From Eledone cirrhosa (lineage: Eukaryota), in assembly GCA_964016885.1 (NCBI GenBank), contig OZ024743.1, positions 132,804,001-132,868,000 on the forward strand: DNA of 64,000 nt, given 5' to 3'. The notes below the pieces were generated by a model, which made no database searches, was not told the origin of the DNA, and worked only from the letters and a program-made list of their open reading frames with translations. This document shows, piece after piece, positions 37,701-49,699 of the stretch. Position 1 is the stretch's first letter, and each line of letters starts with the position of its first letter. The translations under genes were made by a program, and so were the position numbers.

Positions 37701-40700
37701 TGTTATATGCTTGGTGTTTGATGCTTGGTGCTTGGTGCTTGGTGTTTGGTGTTTGGTGCTTGGTGTTTGATGCTTGGTGCTTGGTGCTTGGTGCTTGGTG
37801 TTTGGTGCTTGGTGCTTGGTGTTTGGTGCTTGGTGTTTGGTGCTTGGTGTTTGGTGCTTGGTGCTTGGTGCTTGGTGCTTGGTGTTTGGTGGTCGGTGCT
37901 TGGTGCTTGGTGTTAGGTGTTTGGTGCTTGGTGCTTGGTGTCTGGTTTTTGGTGCTTGGTGCTTGGTGTTTGGTGCTTGTTGCTGGCTGCTTGGTGTTTG
38001 GTGCTTGGTGATTGGTGCTTGGTGTTTGGTGCTTGGTGTTTGGTATTTGGTGCTTGGTGTTTGTACTTGGTGTTTGGTGCTTGGTGTTTGGTGCTAGGTG
38101 CTTGGTGTTTGGTGCTTGGTGCTTGGTGTTTGGTGCCTGGTGCTTGGTGTTTGGTGTTTGGTGTTTGGTGCTTGGTGCTTGGTGTTTGGTGTTTGCTGTT
38201 TGCTGTTTGGTGTTTGTTGTTTGGTGTTTGTTGTTTGGTGTTTGCTGTTTGGTGTTTGGTGTTTGCTTTTTGGTGTTTGGTGTTTGATGTATGTTGTTTG
38301 CTGTTTGGTGTTTGGTGTTTGGTGTTTGGTGCTTGGTGCTTGGTGTTTGGTGCTTGGAGTTTGGTGTTTGGTGCTTGGTGCTTGGTGTTTCGTGTTTCGT
38401 GTTTGGTGCTTGGTGCTTGGTGCTTGGTCCTTGGTGTTTGGTGCTGGGTGCATTGTGTTTGGTGCTTGGTGCTTGGTGCTTGGTGCTTGGTGTTTGGTGT
38501 TTGCTGCTTGGTGTTTGATGCTTGGTGCTTGGTGCTTGGTGTTTTGTGTTTGGTGCTTGGTGGTTGGTGCTTGGTGTTTGGTGCTTGGTGCTTGGTGCTT
38601 GGTGTTTTGTGTTTGGTGCTTGGTGCTTGGTGTTTGGTGCTTGGTGCTGGGTGGTTGGTGTTTGGTGCTTGGTGTTTGGTGCTGGGTGCTTGGTGTTTGG
38701 TGCTGGGTGCTTGGTGTTTGGTGCTTGGTGCTTGGTGTTTGGTGCTTGGTGCTGGGTGGTTGGTGTTTGGTGCTTGGTGTTTGGTGCTGGGTGCTTGGTG
38801 TTTGGTGCTGGGTGCTTGGTGTTTGGTGCTTGGTGCTTGGTCTTTGGTGCTTGGTGTTTGGTGCTTGGTGCTTGGTGCTTGGTGTTTGGTGCTTGGTGCT
38901 TGGTGTTTGGTGCTTGGTGCTTGGTGTTTGGTTTTTGGTGCTTGGTGCTTGGTGTTTGGTGTTTGGTGCTTGCTGCTGGCTGCTTGGTGTTTGATGCATG
39001 GTGATTGGTGCTTGGTGTTTGGTGCTTGGTGTTTGGTGTTTGATGCTTGGTGCTTGGTGCTTGGTGTTTGGTGCTTGGTGCTTGGTGTTTGGTGCTTGGT
39101 GCTTGGTGTTTGGTTTTTGGTGCTTGGTGCTTGGTGTTTGGTGTTTGGTGCTTGCTGCTGGCTGCTTGGTGTTTGATGCATGGTGATTGGTGCTTGGTGT
39201 TTGGTGCTTGGTGTTTGGTGTTTGATGCTTGGTGCTTGGTGCTTGGTGTTTGGTGCTTGGTGCTTGGTGTTTGGTGCTTGGTGCTAGGTGTTTGGTGCTT
39301 GGTGTTTGGTGCTTGGTGTTTGGTGCTTGGTGCTTGGTGCTTGGTGCTTGGTGTTTGGTGGTTGGTGCTTGGTGCTTGGTGTTAGGTGTTTGGTGCTTGG
39401 TGCTTGGTGTTTGGTGTTTGGTGCTTGGTGTTTGGTGTTTGGTGCTTGGTGTTTGGTGCTTGGTACTTGGTGCTTGGTGCTTGGTATTAGGTGTTTGGTG
39501 CTTGGTGCTTGGTGTCTGGTTTTTGGTGCTTGGTGCTTGGTGTTTGGTGTTTGGTGCTTGCTGCTGGCTGCTTGGTGTTTGGTGCTTGGTGATTGGTGCT
39601 TGGTGTTTGGTGCTTGGTGTTTGGTGTTTGGTGCTTGGTGATTGGTGTTTGTACTTGGTGCTTGGTGCTTGGTTCTTGGTGTTTGGTGCTTTTGTGCTTG
39701 GTGTTTGGTGTTATATGCTTGGTGTTTGATGCTTGGTGCTTGGTGCTTGGTGTATGGTGTTTGGTGTTTGATGCTTGGTGCTTGGTGTTTGGTGCTTGGT
39801 GCTTGGTGTTTGTACTTGGTGCTTGGTGCTTGGTGCTTGGTGTTTGGTGCTTGGTGATTGGTGCTTGGTTCTTGGTGGTTGGTGTTTGGTGGTTGGTGTT
39901 TGGTGCTTGGAGTTAGTTGTTTGGTGCTTGGTGCTTGGTGTTTGGTGTTTGGTGCTTGGTGTTTGGTGTTTGGTGCTTGGTATTTGGTGCTTGGTACTTG
40001 GTGCTTGGTGCTTGGTGTTAGGTGTTTGGGGCTTGGTGTTTGGTGCTTGGTGTTTGGTGCTTGGTGTTTGGTGCTTGGTGTTAGGTGTTTGGTGCTTGGT
40101 GCTTGGTGTTTGGTGTTTGGTGCTTGGTGTTTGGTGTTTGGTGCTTGGTGTTTGGTGCTTTTTGCTTGGTGCTTGGTGCTTGGTGTTTGGTGCTGGGTGC
40201 TTGGTGCTTGGTGTTTGGTGTTATATGCTTGGTGTTTGATGCTTGGTGCTTGGTGCTTGGTGTTTGGTGTTTGGTGCTTGGTGTTTGATGCTTGGTGCTT
40301 GGTGCTTGGTGTTTGGTGCTTGGTGCTTGGTGTTTGGTGCTTGGTGCTTGGTGTTTGGTGCTTGGTGTTTGGTGCTTGGTGTTTGGTGCTTGGTGCTTGG
40401 TGCTTGGTGTTTGGTGGTTGGTGCTTGGTGCTTGGTGTTAGGTGTTTGGTGCTTGGTGCTTGGTGTCTGGTTTTTGGTGCTTGGTGCTTGGTGTTTGGTG
40501 CTTGTTGCTGGCTGCTTGGTGTTTGGTGCTTGGTGATTGGTGCTTGGTGTTTGGTGCTTGGTGTTTGGTGTTTGGTGCTTGGTGTTTGTACTTGGTGTTT
40601 GGTGCTTGGTGTTTGGTGCTAGGTGCTTGGTGTTTGGTGCTTGGTGCTTGGTGTTTGGTGCCTGGTGCTTGGTGTTTGGTGTTTGGTGTTTGGTGCTTGG

Positions 40701-42853
40701 TGCTTGGTGTTTGGTGTTTGCTGTTTGCTGTTTGGTGTTTGTTGTTTGGTGTTTGTTGTTTGGTGTTTGCTGTTTGGTGTTTGGTGTTTGCTTTTTGGTG
40801 TTTGGTGTTTGATGTATGTTGTTTGCTGTTTGGTGTTTGATGCTTGGTGCTTGGTGCTTGGTGTTTGGTGCTTGGTGCTTGGTGTTTGGTGCTTGGTGCT
40901 TGGTGTTTGGTTTTTGGTGCTTGGTGCTTGGTGTTTGGTGTTTGGTGCTTGCTGCTGGCTGCTTGGTGTTTGATGCATGGTGATTGGTGCTTGGTGTTTG
41001 GTGCTTGGTGTTTGGTGTTTGATGCTTGGTGCTTGGTGCTTGGTGTTTGGTGCTTGGTGCTTGGTGTTTGGTGCTTGGTGCTAGGTGTTTGGTGCTTGGT
41101 GTTTGGTGCTTGGTGTTTGGTGCTTGGTGCTTGGTGCTTGGTGCTTGGTGTTTGGTGGTTGGTGCTTGGTGCTTGGTGTTAGGTGTTTGGTGCTTGGTGC
41201 TTGGTGTTTGGTGTTTGGTGCTTGGTGTTTGGTGTTTGGTGCTTGGTGTTTGGTGCTTGGTACTTGGTGCTTGGTGCTTGGTATTAGGTGTTTGGTGCTT
41301 GGTGCTTGGTGTCTGGTTTTTGGTGCTTGGTGCTTGGTGTTTGGTGTTTGGTGCTTGCTGCTGGCTGCTTGGTGTTTGGTGCTTGGTGATTGGTGCTTGG
41401 TGTTTGGTGCTTGGTGTTTGGTGTTTGGTGCTTGGTGATTGGTGTTTGTACTTGGTGCTTGGTGCTTGGTTCTTGGTGTTTGGTGCTTGGTGCTTGGTGT
41501 TTGGTGTTATATGCTTGGTGTTTGATGCTTGGTGCTTGGTGCTTGGTGTATGGTGTTTGGTGTTTGATGCTTGGTGCTTGGTGTTTGGTGCTTGGTGCTT
41601 GGTGTTTGTACTTGGTGCTTGGTGCTTGGTGCTTGGTGTTTGGTGCTTGGTGCTTGGTGCTTGGTCCTTGGTGGTTGGTGTTTGGTGGTTGGTGTTTGGT
41701 GCTTGGAGTTAGTTGTTTGGTGCTTGGTGCTTGGTGTTTGGTGTTTGGTGCTTGGTGTTTGGTGTTTGGTGCTTGGTATTTGGTGCTTGGTACTTGGTGC
41801 TTGGTGCTTGGTGTTAGGTGTTTGGGGCTTGGTGTTTGGTGCTTGGTGTTTGGTGCTTGGTGTTTGGTGTTTGGTGTTAGGTGTTTGGTGCTTGGTGCTT
41901 GGTGTTTGGTGTTTGGTGCTTGGTGTTTGGTGTTTGGTGCTTGGTGTTTGGTGCTTTTTGCTTGGTGCTTGGTGCTTGGTGTTTGGTGCTGGGTGCTTGG
42001 TGCTTGGTGTTTGGTGTTATATGCTTGGTGTTTGATGCTTGGTGCTTGGTGCTTGGTGTTTGGTGTTTGGTGCTTGGTGTTTGATGCTTGGTGCTTGGTG
42101 CTTGGTGTTTGGTGCTTGGTGCTTGGTGTTTGGTGCTTGGTGCTTGGTGTTTGGTGCTTGGTGTTTGGTGCTTGGTGTTTGGTGCTTGGTGCTTGGTGCT
42201 TGGTGTTTGGTGGTTGGTGCTTGGTGCTTGGTGTTAGGTGTTTGGTGCTTGGTGCTTGGTGTCTGGTTTTTGGTGCTTGGTGCTTGGTGTTTGGTGCTTG
42301 TTGCTGGCTGCTTGGTGTTTGGTGCTTGGTGATTGGTGCTTGGTGTTTGGTGCTTGGTGTTTGGTGTTTGGTGCTTGGTGTTTGTACTTGGTGTTTGGTG
42401 CTTGGTGTTTGGTGCTAGGTGCTTGGTGTTTGGTGCTTGGTGCTTGGTGTTTGGTGCCTGGTGCTTGGTGTTTGGTGTTTGGTGTTTGGTGCTTGGTGCT
42501 TGGTGTTTGGTGTTTGCTGTTTGCTGTTTGGTGTTTGTTGTTTGGTGTTTGTTGTTTGGTGTTTGCTGTTTGGTGTTTGGTGTTTGCTTTTTGGTGTTTG
42601 GTGTTTGATGTATGTTGTTTGCTGTTTGGTGTTTGGTGTTTGGTGTTTGGTGCTTGGTGCGTGGTGTTTGGTGCTTGGTGGTTGGTGTTTGGTGCCTGGT
42701 GCTTGGTGTTTGGTGTTTGGTGCTTGGTGCTTGGAGTTTGGTGTTTGGTGCTTGGTGCTTGGTGTTTCGTGTTTCGTGTTTGGTGCTTGGTGCTTGGTGC
42801 TTGGTCCTTGGTGTTTGGTGCTGGGTGCATTGTGTTTGGTGCTTGGTGCTTGG
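22743..42853 (+). repeat. 20,111-bp block, copy 2 of a tandem duplication
   Basis: Same variant order as 2632-22742, including the rare indels (24399, 39690). The match ends at 42857 (22747 G vs 42858 T). One substitution was seen, 21759 C vs 41870 T. Confidence 0.95.
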
Positions 42854-43040
42854 TGCTTGGTGCTTGGTGTTTGGTGCTTGGTGCTTGGTGTTTGGTGCCT
42901 GGTGCTTGGTGTTTGGTGTTTGGTGCTTGGTGCTTGGAGTTTGGTGTTTGGTGCTTGGTGCTTGGTGTTTCGTGTTTCGTGTTTGGTGCTTGGTGCTTGG
43001 TGCTTGGTCCTTGGTGTTTGGTGCTGGGTGCATTGTGCTT
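42670..43040 (+). repeat. Segment repeated at 203-bp (29-monomer) spacing
   Basis: The series CTGGTGC...TTGGAGT...TTCGTGT x2...TTGGTCC...TGGGTGC-ATTGTG occurs twice. Minus-strand ORF starts fall at 42830 and 43033. Confidence 0.78.
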
Positions 43041-43089
43041 GGTGTTTTGTGTTTGGTGCTTGGTGGTTGGTGCTTGGTGTTTGGTGCTT

Positions 43090-46000
43090 GGTGCTTGGTG
43101 CTTGGTGTTTTGTGTTTGGTGCTTGGTGCTTGGTGTTTGGTGCTTGGTGCTGGGTGGTTGGTGTTTGGTGCTTGATGTTTGGTGCTGGGTGCTTGGTGTT
43201 TGGTGCTGGGTGCTTGGTGTTTGGTGCTTGGTGCTTGGTGTTTGGTGCTTGGTGCTGGGTGGTTGGTGTTTGGTGCTTGGTGTTTGGTGCTGGGTGCTTG
43301 GTGTTTGGTGCTGGGTGCTTGGTGTTTGGTGCTTGGTGCTTGGTGCTTGGTGTTTGGTGCTTGGTGCTTGGTGTTTGGTGCTTGGTGCTTGGTGTTTGGT
43401 TTTTGGTGCTTGGTGCTTGGTGTTTGGTGTTTGGTGCTTGCTGCTGGCTGCTTGGTGTTTGATGCATGGTGATTGGTGCTTGGTGTTTGGTGCTTGGTGT
43501 TTGGTGTTTGATGCTTGGTGCTTGGTGCTTGGTGTTTGGTGCTTGGTGCTTGGTGTTTGGTGCTTATTGCTTGGTGTTTCGTGCTTGTTGTTTGGTGCTT
43601 GGTGTTTGGTGCTTGGTGCTTGGTGCTTGGTGCTTGGTGTTAGGTGTTTGGTGCTTGGTGCTTGGTGTTTGGTGTTTGGTGCTTGGTGTTTGGTGTTTGG
43701 TGCTTGGTGTTTGGTGCTTGGTACTTGGTGCTTGGTGCTTGGTGTTAGGTGTTTGGTGCTTGGTGCTTGGTGTCTGGTTTTTGGTGCTTGGTGCTTGGTG
43801 TTTGGTGTTTGGTGCTTGCTGCTGGCTGCTTGGTGTTTGGTGCTTGGTGATTGGTGCTTGGTGTTTGGTGCTTGGTGTTTGGTGTTTGGTGCTTGGTGAT
43901 TGGTGTTTGTACTTGGTGCTTGGTGCTTGGTTCTTGGTGTTTGGTGCTTGGTGCTTGGTGTTTGGTGTTATATGCTTGGTGTTTGATGCTTGGTGCTTGG
44001 TGCTTTGTGTTTGGTGTTTGGTGTTTGATGCTTGGTGCTTGGTGTTTGGTGCTTGGTGCTTGGTGTTTGTACTTGGTGCTTGGTGCTTGGTGCTTGGTGT
44101 TTGGTGCTTGGTGCTTGGTGCTTGGTGCTTGGTCCTTGGTGCTTGGTGTTTGCTGGTTGGTGTTTGGTGCTTGGTGTTAGGTGTTTGGTGCTTGGTGCTT
44201 GGTGTTTGGTGTTTGGTGCTTGGTGTTTGGTGTTTGGTGCTTGGTGTTTGGTGCTTGGTACTTGGTGCTTGGTGCTTGGTGTTAGGTGTTTGGTGCTTGG
44301 TGTTTGGTGCTTGGTGTTTGGTGCTTGGTGCTTGGTGCTTGGTGCTTGGTGTTTGGTGGTTGGTGTTTGGTGCTTGGTGTTTGGTGCTTGGTGTTAGGTG
44401 TTTGGTGCTTGGTGCTTGGTGTTTGGTGTTTGGTGCTTGGTGTTTGGTGTTTGGTGCTTGGTGTTTGGTGCTTTTTGCTTGGTGCTTGGTGCTTGGTGTT
44501 TGGTGCTGGGTGCTTGGTGCTTGGTGTTTGGTGTTATATGCTTGGTGTTTGATGCTTGGTGCTTGGTGCTTGGTGTTTGGTGTTTGTGCTTGGTGTTTGA
44601 TGCTTGGTGCTTGGTGCTTGGTGTTTGGTGCTTGGTGCTTGGTGTTTGGTGCTTGGTGCTTCGTGTTTGGTGCTTGGTGATTGGTGCTTGGTGCTTGGTG
44701 TTTGGTGGTTGGTGCTTGGTGCTTGGTGTTAGGTGTCTGGTGCTTGGTGCTTGGTGTCTGGTTTTTGGTGCTTGGTGCTTGGTGTTTGGTGCTTGTTGCT
44801 GGCTGCTTGGTGTTTGGTGCTTGGTGATTGGTGCTTGGTGTTTGGTGCTTGGTGTTTGGTGTTTGGTGCTTGGTGTTTGTACTTGGTGTTTGGTGCTTGG
44901 TGTTTGGTGCTAGGTGCTTGGTGCTTGGTGCTTGGTGCTTGGTGTTTGGTGCCTGGTGCTTGGTGTTTGGTGTTTGGTGTTTGGTGCTTGGTGCTTGGTG
45001 TTTGGTGTTTGCTGTTTGCTGTTTGGTGTTTGTTGTTTGGTGTTTGTTGTTTGGTGTTTGCTGTTTGGTGTTTGGTGTTTGCTTTTTGGTGTTTGGTGTT
45101 TGATGTATGTTGTTTGCTGTTTGGTGTTTGGTGTTTGGTGTTTGGTGCTTGGTGCTTGGTGTTTGGTGCTTGGTGCTTGGTGTTTGGTGCCTGGTGCTTG
45201 GTGCATGGTGCTTGGTGTTTGGTGTTTGGTGCTTGGTGCTTGGAGTTTGGTGTTTGGTGCTTGGTGCTTGGTGTTTCGTGTTTCGTGTTTGGTTTTTGGT
45301 GCTTGGTGCTTGGTGCTTGGTCCTTGGTGTTTGGTGCTGGGTGCATTGTGTTTGGTGCTTGGCGCTTGGTGCTTGGTGCTTGGTGTTTGGTGTTTGCTGC
45401 TTGGTGTTTGATGCTTGGTGCTTGGTGCTTGGTGTTTTGCGCTTGGTGCTTGGTGCTTGGTGTTTGGCGCTTGGTGCTTGGTGCTTGGTGTTTGTACTTG
45501 GTGCTTGGTGATTGGTGTTTGGTTCTTGGTTCTTGGTGTTTGGTGTTTGGCGTTTGGTGTTTGGTGCTTGGTGCTTGGTGTTTGGTGCTTGGTGCTTGGT
45601 GTTTGGTGCCTGGTGCTTGGTGCTAGGTGTTTGGTGTTTGGTGCTTGGTGCTTGGTGCTTGGAGTTTGGTGTTTGGTGCTTGGTGCTTTGTGTTTTGTGT
45701 TTGGTTTTTGGTGCTTGGTGCTTGGTCCTTGGTGTTTGGTGCTGGGTGCTTTGTGTTTGGTGCTTGGTGCTTGGTGTTTGGTGTTTGCTGCTTGGTGTTT
45801 GATGCTTGGTGCTTGGTGCTTGGTGTTTTGTGTTTGGTGCTTGGTTCTTGGTGTTTGGTGCTTGGTGCTGGGTGGTTGGTGTTTGGTGCTTGGTGTTTGG
45901 TGCTGGGTGCTTGGTGTTTGGTGCTGGGTGCTTGGTGTTTGGTGCTTGGTGCTTGGTGTTTGGTGCTTGGTGCTGGGTGGTTGGTGTTTGGTGCTTGGTG

Positions 46001-48520
46001 TTTGGTGCTGGGTGCTTGGTGTTTGGTGCTGGGTGCTTGGTGTTTGGTGCTTGGTGCTTGGTGCTTGGTGTTTGGTGCTTGGTGCTTGGTGTTTGGTGCT
46101 TGGTGCTTGGTGTTTGGTTTTTGGTGCTTGGTGCTTGGTGTTTGGTGTTTGGTGCTTGCTGCTGGCTGCTTGGTGTTTGATGCATGGTGATTGGTGCTTG
46201 GTGTTTGGTGCTTGGTGTTTGGTGTTTGATGCTTGGTGCTTGGTGCTTGGTGTTTGGTGCTTGGTGCTTGGTGTTTGGTGCTTGGTGCTTGGTGTTTCGT
46301 GCTTGTTGTTTGGTGCTTGGTGTTTGGTGCTTGGTGCTTGGTGCTTGGTGCTTGGTGCTAGGTGTTTGGTGCTTGGTGCTTGGTGTTTGGTGTTTGGTGC
46401 TTGGTGTTTGGTGTTTGGTGCTTGGTGTTTGGTGCTTGGTACTTGGTGCTTGGTGCTTGGTGTTAGGTGTTTGGTGCTTGGTGCTTGGTGTCTGGTTTTT
46501 GGTGCTTGGTGCTTCTGTGTTTGGTGTTTGGTGCTTGCTGCTGGCTGCTTGGTGTTTGGTGCTTGGTGATTGGTGCTTGGTGTTTGGTGCTTGGTGTTTG
46601 GTGTTTGGTGCTTGGTGATTGGTGTTTGTACTTGGTGCTTGGTGCTTGGTTCTTGGTGTTTGGTGCTTGGTGCTTGGTGTTTGGTGTTATATGCTTGGTG
46701 TTTGATGCTTGGTGCTTGGTGCTTTGTGTTTGGTGTTTGGTGTTTGATGCTTGGTGCTTGGTGTTTGGTGCTTGGTGCTTGGTGTTTGTACTTGGTGCTT
46801 GGTGCTTGGTGCTTGGTGTTTGGTGCTTGGTGCTTGGTGCTTGGTGCTTGGTCCTTGGTGCTTGGTGTTTGGTGGTTGGTGTTTGGTGCTTGGTGTTAGG
46901 TGTTTGGTGCTTGGTGCTTGGTGTTTGGTGTTTGGTGCTTGGTGTTTGGTGTTTGGTGCTTGGTGTTTGGTGCTTGGTACTTGGTGCTTGGTGCTTGGTG
47001 TTAGGTGTTTGGTGCTTGGTGTTTGGTGCTTGGTGTTTGGTGCTTGGTGCTTGGTGCTTGGTGCTTGGTGTTTGGTGCTTGGTGTTTGGTGCTTGGTGTT
47101 TGGTGCTTGGTGTTAGGTGTTTGGTGCTTGGTGCTTGGTGTTTGGTGTTTGGTGCTTGGTGTTTGGTGTTTGGTGCTTGGTGTTTGGTGCTTTTTGCTTG
47201 GTGCTTGGTGCTTGGTGTTTGGTGCTGGGTGCTTGGTGCTTGGTGTTTGGTGTTATATGCTTGGTGTTTGATGCTTGGTGCTTGGTGCTTGGTATTTGGT
47301 GTTTGTGCTTGGTGTTTGATGCTTGGTGCTTGGTGCTTGGTGTTTGGTGCTTGGTGCTTGGTGTTTGGTGCTTGGTGCTTCGTGTTTGGTGCTTGGTGTT
47401 TGGTGCTTGGTGCTTGGTGTTTGGTGGTTGGTGCTTGGTGCTTGGTGTTAGGTGTTTGGTGCTTGGTGCTTGGTGTCTGGTTTTTGGTGCTTGGTGCTTG
47501 GTGTTTGGTGCTTGTTGCTGGCTGCTTGGTGTTTGGTGCTTGGTGATTGGTGCTTGGTGTTTGGTGCTTGGTGTTTGGTGTTTGGTGCTTGGTGTTTGTA
47601 CTTGGTGTTTGGTGCTTGGTGTTTGGTGCTAGGTGCTTGGTGTTTGGTGCTTGGTGCTTGGTGTTTGGTGCCTGGTGCTTGGTGTTTGGTGTTTGGTGTT
47701 TGGTGCTTGGTGCTTGGTGTTTGGTGTTTGCTGTTTGCTGTTTGCTGTTTGTTGTTTAGTGTTTGTTGTTTGGTGTTTGCTGTTTGGTGTTTGGTGTTTG
47801 CTTTTTGGTGTTTGGTGTTTGATGTATGTTGTTTGCTGTTTGGTGTTTGGTGTTTGGTGTTTGGTGCTTGGTGCTTGGTGTTTGGTGCTTGGTGCTTGGT
47901 GTTTGGTGCCTGGTGCTTGGTGCATGGTGCTTGGTGTTTGGTGTTTGGTGCTTGGTGCTTGGAGTTTGGTGTTTGGTGCTTGGTGCTTGGTGTTTCGTGT
48001 TTCGTGTTTGGTTTTTGGTGCTTGGTGCTTGGTGCTTGGTCCTTGGTGTTTGGTGCTGGGTGCATTGTGTTTGGTGCTTGGCGCTTGGTGCTTGGTGCTT
48101 GGTGTTTGGTGTTTGCTGCTTGGTGTTTGATGCTTGGTGCTTGGTGCTTGGTGTTTTGCGCTTGGTGCTTGGTGCTTGGTGTTTGGCGCTTGCTTGGTGT
48201 TTGTACTTGGTGCTTGGTGATTGGTGTTTGGTTCTTGGTTCTTGGTGCTTGGTGTTTGGTGCCTGGTGCTTGGTGCTTGGTGTTTGGTGTTTGGTGCTTG
48301 GTGCTTGGTGCTTGGAGTTTGGTGTTTGGTGCTTGGTGCTTTGTGTTTTGTGTTTGGTGTTTGGTTTTTGGTGCTTGGTGCTTGGTCCTTGGTGTTTGGT
48401 GCTGGGTGCTTTGTGTTTGGTGCTTGGTGCTTGGTGTTTGGTGTTTGCTGCTTGGTGTTTGATGCTTGGTGCTTGGTGCTTGGTGTTTTGTGTTTGGTGC
48501 TTGGTTCTTGGTGTTTGGTG
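43090..48520 (+). repeat. Two copies of a 2,718/2,719-bp higher-order repeat (boundaries approximate)
   Basis: ORF offsets are 43466->46184 (2718), then 43851->46570, 44398->47117 and 45107->47826 (all 2719). Private variants are TTGGCGC, TTTGCGC and the 6-mer TTGTGC. Confidence 0.88.
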
Positions 48521-49699
48521 CTTGGTGCTTGGTACTTGGTGTTTGTACTTGGTGCTTGGTGCTTGGTGTTTGGTTCTTGGTACTTGGTGTTTGGTACTTG
48601 GTGCTTGGTGCTTGATGTTTGGTGTTTGGTGCTTGGTGTTTGGTGCTTGGTGCTTGGTGCTTGGTGTTAGGTGTTTGGTGCTTGGTCCTTGGTGTTTGGT
48701 GCTTGGTGTTTGGTGTTTGCTGTTTGGTGTTTGGTGTTTCGTGTTTGGTGTTTGCTGTTTGGTGTCTGCTTTTTGGTGTTTAGTGTTTGCTGTATGGTGT
48801 TTGGTGTTTGCTGTTTGGTGTTTGGTCTTTGGTGCTTGGTGTTTGGTGCTTGGTGCTTGGTGTTTGGTGTTTGGTGCTTGGTGCTTGGTGTTTGGTGTTT
48901 GGTGCTTGGTGTTTGGTGTTTGGTGCTTGGTGTCTGGTGCTTGGTGTTTGGTTTTTGGTGTTTGGTGTTTAGTGTTTGGTGCTTGGTGTTTGGTGTTTGG
49001 TGTTTGGTGCTTGGTGCTTGGTGTTTGGTGTTTGGTGTTTGGTGCTTGGTGTCTGGTGCTTGGTGTTTGGTGTTTGGTGCTTGGTGTTTGGTGTTTGGTG
49101 TTTGGTGCTTGGTGTCTGGTGCTTGGTGTTTGGTGTTTGGTGCTTGGTGTTTGGTGTTTGGTGTTTGGTGCTTGGTGCTTGGTGCTTGGTGTTTGGTGTT
49201 TGGTGCTTGGTGCTTGGTGTTTGGTGCTTGGTGCTGGGTGGTTGGTGTTTGGTGCTTGGTGTTAGGTGCTGGGTGCTTGGTGTTTGGTGCTGGGTGCTTG
49301 GTATTTGGTGCTTGGTGCTTGGTCTTTGGTGCTTGGTGTTTGGTGCTTGGTGCTTGGTGTTTGGTGCTTGGTGCTTGGTGTTTGGTGCTTGGTGCTTGGT
49401 GTTTGGTTTTTGGTGCTTGGTGCTTGGTGTTTGGTGTTTGGTGCTTGCTGCTGGCTGCTTGGTGTTTGATGCATGGTGATTGGTGCTTGCTGTTTGGTGC
49501 TTGGTGTTTGGTGTTTGATGCTTGGTGCTTGGTGCTTGGTGTTTGGTGCTTGGTGCTTGGTGCTTGGTGTTTGGTGCTTGGTGTTTGGTGCTTGGTGTTT
49601 GGTGCTTGGTGCTTGGTGCTTGGTGCTTGGTGTTTGGTGGTTGGTGCTTGGTGCTTGGTGTTAGGTGTTTGGTGCTTGGTGCTTGCTGGTTGGTATTTG

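Noticed and set aside
2632-42853. 20,111 is an exact multiple of 7 (7x2873)
   Set aside because: Coincidence: the net -28 bp from off-size monomers happens to be divisible by 7. Other units (3999, 2719, 1796) are not.
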